Of a stretch of DNA of 64,000 nucleotides, positions 36,871-51,800 are shown one piece after another (within the stretch, counting starts at the first letter, position 1; every line of letters starts with the position of its first letter). Made by a program: the position numbers and the translations under genes. The notes under the pieces are model-generated. The model had not been told where the DNA came from. It was given only the letters and a program-made list of their open reading frames with translations, and did not search any database. Origin of the DNA: Epiperipatus broadwayi (taxonomy: Eukaryota; Animalia; Onychophora); NCBI GenBank assembly GCA_028023455.1, contig JAQFVV010000003.1:19902001-19966000 (forward strand), given 5' to 3'.

Positions 36871-39800
36871 GCTAATTTGATCAAGAGGTATGCCACTATA
36901 AAATTAATATGCCAATTGTCAAGAGTAGACTCAATACCTGGTTACATATTATTAATTAGAGGCCAGAAATATATAAATAATTGATGTGCGTGTTTACATA
37001 CATAGAGGAAGTATTTTTTATTATTATATTGCGTGTTTACATACATAGAGGAAGTTAACTATTTTTTATTATTATATCTATTTTATTAATCGCAGCAGGA
37101 ATTATGGAACAAAGCATAATTCTAGCATCCTTTATTATAAACAATTACATTACAGACATGGTTTGTCCATCCTACACAACATTACTAACAGGCATGATTA
37201 ATAAACTTAATTATAAAAGACAGTGGTATCTGGGTTTGGATTCTGTGCTAACTATATTATTATAGGCATTGGCTGGTAGGCCAATCTCCATTATCGAGTA
37301 ATAAGAAATATATATATATATGTTCCTATGTAGGCACGTCCGCATTCAGTGTGGTACGTACAGGAAAATGGAGCATGGATTATGAATCACTATCGTCATA
37401 GAGTACCCATTTATCGGCTCAAATCACGGCTATCTCCAGTACTGGTAAAATATCCATCTGGCAACTTGCATAGTATTACTTGACCTCTATTCATTTATTG
37501 GATGTATGTAGGCATAGATTATTCTACCAAGTAACACTGATATACTTGTCAAAAGGCACTAACTCATACTTGGTTAGATATTTAAGTCTGTATTTAACAT
37601 TTAATAAAACAAGCAATGATGTGAAAATCAAGATAACCATACTTTATAGGCCATAAAATGCCTAGGAGTTTAAATATAAAGCTTAATTATGAATTATCAT
37701 AGTAAATCGCTAAGGAGGCAATAAGATATGCCTGCTGAGAAAGAGTATTTTTCCCCTAGATGTATGCATCATTAAACAGATATAGCGGTATGAAAACATA
37801 CTTTCATAATAAATAACATTGCCAGTTTTACATTTAAGAAAGAAAAACATGATTATTTCTTTTAACTCGTAAATAAACGCACATATAGATTATTTCATTT
37901 TATTGACATAAAAAATTTCAACCAAATATAAACTAAATAGATGTGGACTTTAATGATTTTAGCACTCATTTATCCTTAATTTTGTTAACGAGGTATTGGT
38001 TTAATTATATCTATACAAGTAGATTGTAAGTTTTTATTCAGATATTTAATTTTCTCCTTTTTTAAAAACAAACAAATGATAACATTTTAACTCGTAAGGA
38101 TTTGGAAGAATGATTTAAGAAATTCAAGCTTGCACTTGTTACTTTAAAGTTATAAAATGATTATTACTCCCCACCCTAAAGATTGGATACAAAACAAACA
38201 ATTTATGCATTAATTGATTTAAGTAAAATATCATTCCTCCAATGCTTGAGTCAGGCATATAATATAGATAAAGTTAATCAATAGAATGTATATTTTTATA
38301 ACTAAAAAAAATGATGTGGCATATTTCAAAATAAATAATAAAAAATTGTATTTATAAAGTTTATAAAATTTTGTACCATTAACAATTAGAAATTAAGTTC
38401 TGATATAGACTGATTTGTTATAAAAGAGTTACTACACCTATATATAGATTAATGTCTTTTTTTAAATTACATCTTCCTTTAGAGTCACGGTTTGATTCCA
38501 AAATAGATCTAAGTCTGAGAGATTTAAATCTAAACCTTATAGTTTTATAGAAGGCACTTTAAATATTTCATCTTTAAAGATTAAAAGTTCATACTTGCAT
38601 TTGGAGACTGTTTGAGGAGGTCAGATGGTGCAACTATCTTTTTGTAGGTCAAGCTTAAGGTCTGGGCAGACTCATGGTTTACTGGATGCAGGAAAGGACT
38701 GAATTTGAAGCTGGTATGTTCTCCCTTTCTTGGCAGCAACATCATGGAATCAATAGATTTCTCCACACCAAAGATGCAATCTCTTCCTCTGGAGATCATC
38801 TGACCAGGGGAAGGCTAACTGGTTTTTTTACTCAAAAGCCATAGTGATCCTTGAAAACTAGCGCGATGTTTGCTTACACTCAGTAAAACATTAGAGAGAG
38901 ACCACACAAAAAAAGAAATATGACCCAGTATTTATAAGCCTACAAATCTAAAAAAAAACCTTAGCAAAAACCAAGAAATAATACTTAGCCATCTCTCCAG
39001 CTATCATGGCTAGAGTTTGTCTTTACTCTTATTTTTTAAAAAAATATATTTTAATTAATTCCCCAGACTCACTTTTTCTGGAAAAGAAAATACACTGCTT
39101 GACTAATTCCTAATTTGCATCAATCTGTAAAACCTTATCAAGATTAAAATAAGAAAAAAAGACAAGAAAAAATTTGTGTCCCAATGAAACTGTATTTTTC
39201 CAAATGTTTTATAAAAGACATAGAAATTCTTGCTTTTAGCTGAATGTTTGGCTATCAATTAGTAAAATCTGTTAATTGCAAAAAAAAAAAACGAAAAACA
39301 AGTCAACTTAATTTTTCCATTTCTTTTTTTAGAAAAACATACAAAACAAACAAAAAAATACATTCTCTTTTCCAAATATCTAACAAAAATGTACTTTAGT
39401 ATTAACAATATATATATACAAGTACCATCATTCAATCATACACACACCTGCATATATATTTTGTTAATGATGATAAAGGATTAGCTATTTGATCTATCAC
39501 CCTATGTTCATATTACATTTAAACAAATATTATGAAGCTATATGTGTGCATACACACAGACTGCTTCAATACATAATATTGTATATATTAGTTAAAATAG
39601 GAACAGTAAAGTAATGTTCATATTAGTGTACACATAATGGTAAAACTATTTACAGTAGTGACAAACTTTTAATGCAATAATTAAATGTCAATGTGCATAT
39701 ATATTTAAATATAAAGGAATACTATTTTAAAATATTTAGGTAAAGTTATTTTAAATTTGAATAAAATCTGACAATTATTGTGAAACAGTAAATAAAATAA

Positions 39801-40526
39801 TAATTTATTAATAATTTATTTTAATATCTGTAATATAAATATTTGTTGTGACATAGTGATTTGTATATTTAATTTTATTAAAGTGTAATATTTTATTTAA
39901 ATGTTTAAAAATATCATGCACATACCTCTCAATAGTCTTAATAAATTAACAAAACATCTGAAAAATATTCATAAGATAAAATGCATTTTAAAAAAAAGAA
40001 ATTTAAAGTTGTTTTTGAAAAGAAAATCATTGCTAATACTTCAAATGATTTAAAGCAAATATTTAAAAAAATGCACACATCTGCATTCTAAAAATTAATA
40101 GAATTATTTTTTGCAAACAATTTTCTTGGAACCTCTAGCAAATTTTACTTCTCAGGAAATTACTAATTATCCACTCTACATCTATACAAATGAAGAAAAA
40201 CATTTTATTGTAAAGTTTTTAAAAGTTAACCATGTAAATGAATTGATTCAAAAGATAAAAATCTCATTATCATGTATTATTCCAATAGATCTAATTCTTC
40301 TGTCCTCTGTGCTTTTAAAATTAAAGCGCCAAAGGTTTTCAATCATTTTTTTTTTTAAAAAAATTCTAAAAGATTTCACCAAGATAAAAAGTAATTGGAA
40401 CTCTTAAAGACTTTAAGTAAAATTTAGATTATAAAGGATATTTGGTTTTATTTATTATTATATAGAGTTGCTTTGTTGTAATAAGCATTCTCACAAGAGG
40501 AAAGCTCAAGTAAAAAAAGATTCTAT

Positions 40527-41970
40527 TGTACCGGTCGGTTTTGTCTGTTCATATAACAAGATCTAGCATCTAGGCAAAAGTATCTAGAGTCCCATCATGC
40601 GCAAGATACTTAAGTCAGGAACATGCATGAACTCTGCCCTATTTGCCTATTTTCCAGATCTACCAACTTATGAGCAACAATTCCGATGATACCAATCTTA
40701 ATTTATTTCTCACCGCCGGCATCGCAAAGCCATGACACAAAAAGACTCTAATTTGAATTTATTTATGTATAGAGTATTCGATCATCTAGTAAATTAAACC
40801 TTTTATATAACATCAAAAATTAGTAATATTCAATAAATGAAACAATGACTTTGATATTTAGATATATAATATTTATTAAGTTAACTTGAGATATATATGA
40901 TTGATTACGTTATTTGTGTCAAAATACAAATAAAAATGGGTATTTATATCTCCCTTAAACGACATTAATCCCTCTTACAATGCTATAAAACGAGCGTATT
41001 TATTCAAGTTATGCTGTAGTAACAAATAATTTATGACTTTGTTCTAATGCGCTATTTATATGTCAATAATTAATAGATTACATGGTATACCTAAGATTTT
41101 TAATAGCACTGGATTAGTTATTTAAAGTTCTTTAAATCCACTATTAATGTCACAACAGCACTCAAACCAATACATAAGATTATTGAGTTTGATGGCAGGC
41201 AATGGTAATTATATTTAATTAATAAAAGAATATTCACATTTGCGAAATAAGAACATATGTGGGAAGCTAATTTAGGAAACAATAATTGTGCCAGAAATAG
41301 CGCATAGGAAAGTATGAATGAAAATAGAAAAATGACAATCCATTTAGCATAATCATAACAGTATGATTTAGGAGTATTGATAGACTTTAGCAAGAATGAA
41401 ATATGGGAGAGCAGTATGTGCATGATGGCAATGAAGAGATCCATTCTAAGATCCAAGAAGGTGCTTCAACTTACAGCTAAAGAAGATGACTATCTGCAAA
41501 TGTTGGCAAGGTCGGATCACAAACAACGATGAATGCGCTTTATTGAATTGCCATAGACTGGATTTTTGCCAGAGCGAACCTTATGCGATAATATCTAGCG
41601 CTGAAGAAGTCCCAAGGAGTTTACAAACCTTGTCCATGGAATCTGAAGTAAAAAGAGACGTGACTCAGGTTTTCCGATAAGCCCGAGAAATGAAGCACAT
41701 ATATATAAAACTAAAGGGCACTATACACATAACACTTGAATTAATATAAAGATACAAACTTAAAACTAAGAATAAACCTATCTTTATTAATAACGACCCA
41801 GCGTATCGGTATGATTTGATATGGGATAAATAAAATTAAGGCTAATATAACAGCTCATAGAACTAGAGGATCCCCCTTCCCTTTTATTACTTTAAATTAC
41901 GCATAAAGCTTCCCACAACGTATAACTAATACAAAACTTTGGTTTTAAGTGCTTTCATAAATACCTTACA
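40527..41970 (+). mobile_element. Non-coding LTR-like element (TGTACCGGTC family)
   Basis: The first approximately 160 bp (CTAGCATCTAGGCAAAAGTATCTAGAGT...AGATAC-TAAGTCAGGAA) are clearly homologous to the 45848 copy, with patchy similarity further in; candidate end CCTTACA near 41970. Confidence 0.6.
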
Positions 41971-44900
41971 TATTATTAGATATATATCAAGTAGGTGGTA
42001 GTTAGTGATTTCAAAAAAATATTGATTTAATTCATATATGTATATTTAAAGTTTTCAGAAGTTGGCGCTATTATTTAATTAATAAAAAAAAACCATTTCT
42101 AAAAAAACAGATTTTTGCTGTTTTTTGAAAATAACATTATACAATACTGGTCTTTTATTTTACTCTCTCAGACTCACAGGCGTCCGCTATAATAAGAATA
42201 ACAAATTTGTTTTTTTATTATTATTAAAAACTAGATTAATCACCCTATGAAAAATAAGGGAGGGGTTCTAAAAGAGAAAACGGAGAGACTTGCGAATCTC
42301 GGAAAAATTATCGACATATAATTTAGTATATGAAAATATAAAATATAATAATGAAAATAAAATATTGCCGCATAGACGTGAAATGAAGAAATAATAATTG
42401 TTCAGGAGAGGTTTAATGTAGGAGAGATTACTGCTAAGTTATATAGAGAGAACAAAGTACAAGGTAAGAATTTACAAATTGATTAATTCATAATTAATAT
42501 TAATTTTACAAGGAAGGCTTTACAAAGTGTTTAAAGAAACAGATAGGTGAGATTTGAAATTATTCAATGTAAATTTAAGAGTCTAGCAGCACTTGAAATT
42601 ATTACCTCTGTACAAACTTGGCTGTTCTTTTGGTGATGTTCAGATTTCCTTCGGAGAACTAGATCTAGTTTGACGAGCATAGTTATTCAGGCAAGTAGTA
42701 AGTTCATTATTCAACAAACAGGCATATAGTTACAGTTGATGAGTATCGGGATCCTGGGTGCAGATTTCAGGGAGGACCATTTCGAATGGCGAGAAAGATG
42801 AAGTGGGTTTACTCACGACACATTGAAATTAAATGAACGTGGATTTACTTGGTAACTGCTTTCGTTGACTTTTCTAGTTCCTCCCTTGGTCAAAATTAGC
42901 CCATTTTATACTATGCCCCGGTATTTGTGGAATGTTTTCTTGATTGGTCACTGCTAATCATTCTCTCATCTAATTTTTAAAAGAATTTCTACATAAGCTT
43001 TACCCATTGTGCTGGAAGATGCCATTGTTAGATAATATGTATTCAAACTATTTGATAACAAATATTTATGACAAAAGTAAATCAATTAGTTTAGTTTCTA
43101 ATTTTAATTTTAGAGAAACTTTTAATTAAAGTTATTTTAGAAGATTAAACAAGACTAAGTTTCTCACCTTTAATTATTTTGACTACTTATAATTTCATCT
43201 TCCATCTTGGATTTAAAAAGAAAAGTAGAGTTTAATAGCAAAAATAATTTAAAAGACAAAATTTTATAGATTGACATATATGACATATAATGAACTTTTT
43301 CTAGTAAATATTTGCTCAGTAGGTTTGTCTCTACAATATCTATGTACATCTGAGCCGCAATTATTAAACAATTACTATAACTTTTATAATTTTTAAAAAA
43401 TACAGAAAACATAATATATTTTGATATTATAAGTTTGTTACAATTAATCCTTCGTTACCTATTGTGTATATGTCTTCCCTTTTTAAATACTATATTTATT
43501 ATTTTTCTTTTTTGTGTGTGTGTTTAAATTCAGATATCTATGCATATATCTTCGTTAAAAAATATTTTAGTTAATGATAATCAAGAAAGAGAACAAACAA
43601 ACAAAAAAATGTGTTAGTGAGCAGAATATATATGCAAGACTAGGGTTTGAATTTGGCTTGGTAGTGGAAGATTGAGGTGGGCTGTGAAGCACAATCTGAA
43701 TCTCAGATTTCGCTTCACTATAGATAATGTAATTTAAGTTGTATATATTATTATATTTTCAATGTCATCACTTAGTACATGTGCAATTTGTTTTGATGAG
43801 AGATTGTTAATTAATATTAATTATTATTTATCCATAATTTAAATTATATTTTGTTTTATTGGCCTTTAAAGTTGTCTACGTTACTATTAGAGGCCATATA
43901 ATATCTAAAGAGTAAGTGTAAATGATTATACAGTTTGAAATATTTTATAAGAATTACCCCACTTGTTTATCAATATAGGTACATTAAAGACCATAAGAAG
44001 ATTTATATAATTATTTGGTAGAGGAAAACTTCTAGAACATGCATTATAGTCTTTTACCGATGTTAACTTAGATAAGTATGTTGTGCAATAAAAATTTATT
44101 TAAAATTAATTACTTCAATTCCAAAATGCACTTGATGTTCTTATATTCATAAAAATGATTTGACTGTTTCGTTCACAAATTTGATCATATCATTAAGAAT
44201 ATTACTAACTTTTCCTATAAGTGTAGCTAGTGGAGAGATCATTTTTGAAATTAAAAATTATACAAAAATTAGCAGGTAAATTTAGTAGTGATAGCTATAG
44301 AGACTGATGCATGCAATACTCTTAAGTGTTTATGATATTGTATCTAAATTTACTTCTGTAAAAGCTCGGAAAGTATGAGGGGGGTAGGAATTGTTTTGCA
44401 TAAGGGCATGGATGACCCTTCCTCTGGCCTGATATCAATTACAGTATTAATGCAAACAGTGAGTGAATAAAATAAATTAATTCTCAGACAAATTATTTGA
44501 ATGTTCTTCAGCAACAATTGTATATTATCAAAAATGACCAAATGTTTCTTATTTGAGGAGATATTTATTTTGTAAAGTATTTTTTATTCAATGTATTTGT
44601 CATAAAGCAACTTTTCAAAAATTTTAATTTCAATATATATATATATCAGTGCCTAATTTTATAAAATATATTGCAAAAAAATATGTTATTCATTACATCT
44701 TAATGAAGCAAAAAAGGCTCATTAACATTATGATAGTTTTATATTTAGAAGTTACAATTAGCAGTATTAAAAGAGATATTGAACAATGATTAACTACATA
44801 TTGACAATAAGTACAATAGTCATGTTAGTTGCTTGAGAGGATATTAGATACCCAATTAACAGTTTAAGCACAGAAGTTCCATTCAAATAACTAGGCTGAG

Positions 44901-45360
44901 AATTGACCAATTCAGAAATCTTTTGTTCTTAACTCTACTGCTCTCCCACTGTAATAAACCACATTTAACTGACTAATGATAATGATCAATTGTTATTACA
45001 TACATCATTGGATTATATTGCCCAATTATTCCATTTGCCCTCATAAGAGAACTTAACATTAATTAAAATAAATACTATTTATAGAATTTATACAATTTTA
45101 TAGGACAAATGATAATTCACCTTACAATACATGCTTGTGCAAAAGTTCTGTACTTCACTGATCTCAAGCCACAATTAGAGAACTATACATACAAACTTAT
45201 TATCAAACTCTTATGAAATAGAGAATTTTTTACTTTTATATTAATGCCACTTAATGCAGGAATTAAGTCATTAGGTTTTATACATGGTGTCAAAAGCACA
45301 TCTATTAAATTATTATTATATATATATGAATTAAATGTTTCTATGGGTTGTTATAATAAT

Positions 45361-45840
45361 TAATAGAAATGACAAGATAATATCCATTAAATAAAAAGAG
45401 AAACTTTAATCTTTGTTGTTATCAAAAAAATCTCAATTATTACTAATTGACAAATTCCTGAGGCTAAGCAAATTTTACTCATAAACACATAATAGCTCTT
45501 TTGTTGAAGCAAAAAAGGTCTTTTTACTTCAAACTCAAGTTCTTATGTGGATTTAAACCCAGAAAGCTATTTTTTATATATATTTTTATATTTTTCACAT
45601 CCTCACAACTATAAAAAATAACTTTCTGGGTTTAAATCAATATAAGAACTTGGGTTTGAAGTAAAAGAGGACCCCTTTTACTTCAACAAAAAGCCCCAAA
45701 CATAAGAGCTATTACATGTTTATGAGTAAAACTTGTTTAGCTTCAGGAATTGTCAATTAGTAGTAATTGAACATTTCTTGGTAACAACAATCGTTAAAGT
45801 TTCTCTCAATTTAATGATTACCATATCCTCATTTCTATTA
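45361..45840. repeat. Long imperfect palindrome (about 220-bp arms, about 30-bp spacer), probably derived from a Penelope pLTR
   Basis: TAATAGAAATGA...GAGAAACTTTAA...AATTGACAAATTCCTGAGGCTAAGC...TTTAAACCCAGAAAG mirrors CTTTCTGGGTTTTAAA...GCTTCAGGAATTGTCAATT...TTAAAGTTTCTCTC...TCATTTCTATTA. Confidence 0.92.
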
Positions 45841-45847
45841 TATATAT

Positions 45848-48600
45848 TGTACCAGTCAGAATTGTATGTCCGTCTAACAAGAGCTAGCATCTAGGCAAAA
45901 GTATCTAGAGTTCACTCATATGCGAGATACATAAGTCAGGAATAATCATGAACCCCGCCCTATTGCCTATTCCCCAAATCTATAACATTATGAACAACAC
46001 TTCTGACAATAGCAAATGAAATTTCTAACAATTCCCGTCCCAGAACGTCAGCAGAGAAACAAGAGATCTATCAGATTAACTAAGGGATGTCGCAATATAA
46101 TAACAGATGTGCATGCATGAATAAATAAAATATCCAAAGAATAGATTATTAAACGATTAATTTATTTATAATAATATTAATAATACAGTTAAACTTGTAT
46201 ATAAACAAAATGGATGATATAAAGGATTAAATATGTCATGAATCTAATTAAACATAATGAATGCTTTCCGGGTTTCACATAATTAATATTTATTTGCGCA
46301 TTCCATCTTGACCTATGCAACATAACTTAAGGATTAATGGATATGCAGATACAAGTACAAGTATTGCTAAAATCAGTAATGAATCAAAACAATGCGGCTT
46401 AATATGCTAATAAAGATATCAAGTTTACGAGGCTTATATTCTGAATGCTATATTTTAAATAACAAATAATTTAACGAATTTCAATAGTTATAAGAGAGTT
46501 TTATCACAGTTATCCTAACTGCAGATTAATTATGCTCCATTTTATAAAAGGTATACAACTTTTACGATTTACATTAATGATTTGAAAAGAGTACATTTAT
46601 TTTCGTATTCGGTTACATGATTTGACTTTTATAGGATTTATTAGACATTATTTCTCAACGTATCTAGGAATTGTTCAACGAGAAGGCGGACAGCTTTAGA
46701 TATTTCTAACTAAAATAATATAATAAAATGAAAGCTTTGGGGTGGTTTAAGAGATCATAGCATTACAACTTATAGACTAATAGAGGAGACGATAAAATAC
46801 GACTAACTGCGATGTTGACCGAATGATAACGTTAGGAAAGACGAGAAGCTTTATTAACTTTAAAGTGAATGAACGAGCTCATCTGCACTTGTGACAGATG
46901 GCATCTGAAGAAGTGGTTGGTAGGATGTTATGGTTTCGCGTATTCCGAATGTTAACCCATATAGAGCCTAACAACAACCAAGCACAACCTTTGGAGTCGG
47001 GGCCTCCACACTCCGCCGAGAAATGTGCCTTATAAAATAATCTGGTAATGAAGGAAAGTTTAACAAAGCAACATATAAATTTATGTACGTTATCATCGAT
47101 AAACACGCCGAGGATTTCAGGTCTGTAGTAACACTGATATATTAAGGCCTTAGAGTAATCAAATCTGGCATAATGATATGATATGGTTTAAATCATTCTT
47201 AATGGCACATAATTTGCCTAAAATACTAGTTAGAACATCAATTATAAAAAGGAGAGTATATGACTCCCTTCGTTAAACAAATATCAATATGTTTGAGAAG
47301 AAAAATACTTAATTAAAATCATCATTAGATGGCGGGCTAATCAAATAATAGATTACTAGCTAAAGATAAGGTCACGAACTTTAATTTACTCAATATTAAG
47401 TTTTCTAAATCAATAGCGTTAAAATAAAGTAAAATGATATCTTTAAATGATAACGGATAGTAGATCATGAAATACAAAACAATTCAGGAATGTTATTCAA
47501 CCGGGCGAACTTTAGAAGTTAGTAAGAAAGCTTACGTTTACTGATTTAAGATTCCAAAATGGCGGAATAGTAAAATAGACAAGATCGGTTCGCCAGGTTG
47601 AATTATTAGCATATTAATATATATATATGATTAACATAAAATCAAATAAAAGTTGCCGCATTTAAAATAATAGGACAGCAAGAGTGAAACTCAGCAAGCA
47701 AGTTTAGAAAATAAAATTATAGATTCATGCTAAAAGAAAGTCATTATTCTAAGAAATTAATAATCGGCTTTGTATTGCCGATTGTGAAATAGGCAGATTA
47801 CATTTTAAATAACAGAGATTACATAAATGGAAGTTTTATAAAGATACAATTTAAACGAAAATAACTTTACATAGCTGGAGGTTGAAAATTTACATTTTTA
47901 AGAATATTAAAAGCATTTAGATGGAGGTTTTAAAGTTCATATTGCGGCGGAGAATTACCTTTAATTGTTGAAGACTCGATGGCCGTATACGCGTATGTGG
48001 ATATCATTTTGGAGAAATACAGTCAATAAGGCAGATTTTTGGGAAAATAGTGACTGGCATCCTTTCCTAGTTTATTTGAGAGTTCATTTAGACAGTATTT
48101 ACGTGGTGATGGCATAAGAGTATAGCAGCATGGATCTGATCTTGGAAAGATCAGGGAAGCAAATTTCTTTTCTACTCACTATTCATAATGTTAAAATTTT
48201 GAGTGACATAGATTCGTCCGGCAACGCCTTCTAAAAATCAAATACAGAGTGCTCTATATAGAAAATTTGGCTGTATTTATACACACTGAAACTGCCTCTG
48301 GTAATCCCCGGATGTCCGTTAAAGGTCAACTGTTATACCTTGATTTTAAAATATGAACGAGATATAAGTTCGAGAGAGCATCGTTTCAGTCTATTTTGAG
48401 TTGAAAATAGACCCGCAGGATAAATGTTAAATAATGTAAATCTTTTAAAATAAATCTCATGCCAACAAAAGCTTTTTTAAATTAAAATAAGGCACGTCTT
48501 TTGTTTGCAAATTTTCAGTTACTCTCTAGAACTTTCTCTCAAATTAAATAATACACGAATAAAAATATATATGTAACCTGAACATATTTAATAACATTAT
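45848..48600 (+). mobile_element. LTR-like element of the same family with unassigned internal sequence
   Basis: TATATAT|TGTACCAGTCAG start homologous to 40527; CpG-richer non-coding interior; right boundary uncertain and may include a second element. Confidence 0.5.
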
Positions 48601-48616
48601 TATAACCATTTATCTG

Positions 48617-48641
48617 TTACACACACACACACACACACACA
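48617..48641. repeat. (AC)n microsatellite
   Basis: Direct (AC) run of about 12 units. Confidence 0.9.
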
Positions 48642-48878
48642 TGCATGATTATTTACCGTGATGGAAATTTATATATTTTATAATTAAATTGATATTAGTA
48701 AATGAGGATATAGCTTAACTAACAAAAGGTGAAAATAATCAAGTGCATATGTATACCTGCACTACCTAGTGATTTATTACTACTCAACTGAGTTTGAACT
48801 CCTGTTTGAAGGTTCCAAACATCACTAGACAGTGAAGCAAAATATGTGCAACAAATTTGACTGCTTTAATATATATAT

Positions 48879-51800
48879 TGTACTGTTTACAGGTAGATTA
48901 GGTGCATACATTACACAGAGTAATGCATTAGTTAATCAAACTACATAAGATTTATACCGTTCATGTGTGAATTCAGATATTTCTAAAACACAGTTACATT
49001 TCCTGATTAACTGATGTAATATTTTATTCTGATTTGAATTGTTAGCAGAATCAGCCTTTTATTTGTTTAAAAAGGTGCCAGAGTCTGTAGACCCATTGAT
49101 TCACATCACATCGCATCCCATGGATTAAAGCAAATAACTAAATTTAATATTTTAGAAAATTCGCTTTCTTGTCACTTATACTAATTTTCCCCAGGACTTG
49201 ACTATTAACCAAGCACACTGGCATAGATAATTTATGTTTCTCAAAACATTTTTCACTAATAAAATTTAACAAACTAAAATTAAGACAGTACAATGAAAGT
49301 GTTTTATTAATGATAAATAATTTATTAAACAAATTAAAAGATTAAATGCTAATTATGAATTATTAACAAAAAGGAAGGAACATACACACATGCATTCAGA
49401 TAATAATGCTAATCAACTAATTCAAACAGTTCATATTACAATTTTCTTCTTCAAGTTCTCTAACAAGCCATCCATGGGATAATCCATTGGAGAATAAAAA
49501 AGTGATTGTCTCTATTTGTATTGGAAGCTTATAGTTAGGGTTTAGTTTGCACACATATTTAATCAGACACAAATGATTGTATGACTAATATCTTATTAGT
49601 AAGTTCCTTGGGGTTATGTGGAACATTGATTATTGTACTATATATGGCGTTTTCATGAAGGGCACATTTTCACATTTCTGATCCGTAGTAAGATAGGACT
49701 AGGCATTGTTTGAAATATAATAAAATCATAAGAGTGATTAGGAAGGAAGACTTATTTCGAAAAAAAAAATGCATACTGTATCTACAATCATGCATGAGTA
49801 AATGGGTGTCAGCTTCTCTGTGGTCATCTGGTGATGCAGGCATCTAAGAAGTTCCATTCCAGTACCAAGATCCAACCACCGTCCACCACAACCATGATGA
49901 TCTCTACATCTAAGAAGTTGTTCACTAGTCTGCTAACAAGGAATCATGAAGATTTTCATCAACTAGCTGGTAATATGTATTTTAATCCATTCTTTAAAGT
50001 CATGTAACTCTCATTAATTATATAAAATTTATATTTATGCAGTTTTAACTTACTAAATCTTATTAAAATTTTACATGTTGAGGTTTTACTGGATTTAAAT
50101 ATTGACTCAGCAAATATTAATTTTGCTTTTAAAATTTTGGGTGACTTGTTCACGAGGTGTCAGTGATCACTCTGGTTTTACTCTTGTGACGAATTGGTTC
50201 AGCATATTAGTAGTCCTAGATGGATGCATTTTATTGCAGTTTTTTAGGGAAAAAACAGCAATTAGCCTCCCTTGTCCTTTCAGCCAGCAAAACGAAAAGA
50301 AACTCCTCCAAAGTTGTCCGCTTCTTTTATATCATGACCAGTTTTTTCATCTTTTGTTTTCTTATCGGATTACAAGTTGATAATTTTGTACACTCCTTTT
50401 CGCTTTCTGGCTACAAAGCCCTTTTTCTATAAATTCCTTCAGCACCATATTTAATTATCAGTAAAAGAATATTACTCTGATTGTAATCACTTGCATTTTT
50501 CTTTCTTCTGTTTATCTGGATTAATTTCTATTCCTTCAATTTTAATCAATAGATAATACGAAACACACGAACAACTTTCATTGTATGTACATAAAAATAG
50601 ATTATACCAACAACAAAAAAAGAAAACTAAATTGTACTTATTGAACTATTTTGAATTTTTATTTAATTATTTTTTTTCTGCCATTAAATACTACCAAATG
50701 CCAACCCTCTTGTACCATATGTACATACATATGGCTTAATATCTCCAAGGCCAGGAAACGATAATAAAATGAGTTTGAAATTATTTTATTCTCAATAAGG
50801 TTTACCTCTTTATTCTTTTTTTTTTTTTTTTATGTATTAGCGTTGCTGATATACTTTTATTGAACGTCCACTTGTGAATGTGGTTATCAAATACATTTTC
50901 TAAGGTTTAATATAGCATTTGTGAAAGGAGCTGTTTCCACTCCCACCGTACACATAGTATACCTACCAGAGTAAATGTAACAAAAAATCTGAGCCTACCC
51001 ACTTTGAAGCATTGCTCAACCATCATTTGTGAAATTTATCTGCGCCAAAAGACTCAGTCTGCCTCCCAATTTAGAGACTGTGCTACAAATAGACTGACAA
51101 GCAATTAAAGACGGTTTCAACATACCCAATGATGTGCATGAAGACAGAACTATTAATTCCCTCAATCTGGGCAAGTGCTACCCAAACCACTACCAACTTA
51201 TAGTCTACATCAACTGCATTCTTTTTTTTCTTTTTCTTTTGTATAATTGTATAATCTGTGTAAAGTTATAATTCAATTTCTTGTTTCGTTGGGGACATAT
51301 CCATAGTTTTCAGGGTGAAATTTGGCCCAATTTCTCTCCTACTACTATCTATCTGAATAATAGGATGACGGACATTGTGGTAGAGATCAAACTCTCTCCC
51401 TGTGTTGCTCATACCAATCTCCTTTTTATGTCAAGATCTTCTCTCAGGCATCCATCTTGGCTTCTGAATTTGTTTTTTCATGACAGAAACCCAAAACAAA
51501 TTATTCGGGAATCCCTCGCTTATTGTATTACATGCTGAGCTGTTTGTAATCATTAGTGTTCTGTTGTACTTCACTCTTCCTGTGTGGACCTTTGCTTATA
51601 TATTTTGAAGTCAGCTCTTCCCTTATGATCTTGTGCTGTCAAACATCTTAAGTAATTCTGCCATCTATTCCATGGTTTCATACCGGGTGCCTATCAAGAG
51701 ATGCGCTATTGGATTGGGAAAATTTTGCTGTATAATCTTAACAATCTGTTTTTCTGTCAACTGGCATTCTGTCAGTGCCTGCAGTTGCATTACTAGTTTC

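Noticed and set aside
40111-40407. 98-aa plus-strand ORF and a minus-strand IENLW (Tc1-like) motif
   Set aside because: Low-complexity AT-rich translation; no other Tc1 motif or TIR nearby.
44380-44440. Hammerhead-like remnant on the minus strand (CCAGAGGAAGGG...CCC)
   Set aside because: Neither CUGANGA nor GAAA is intact; too degenerate to call.
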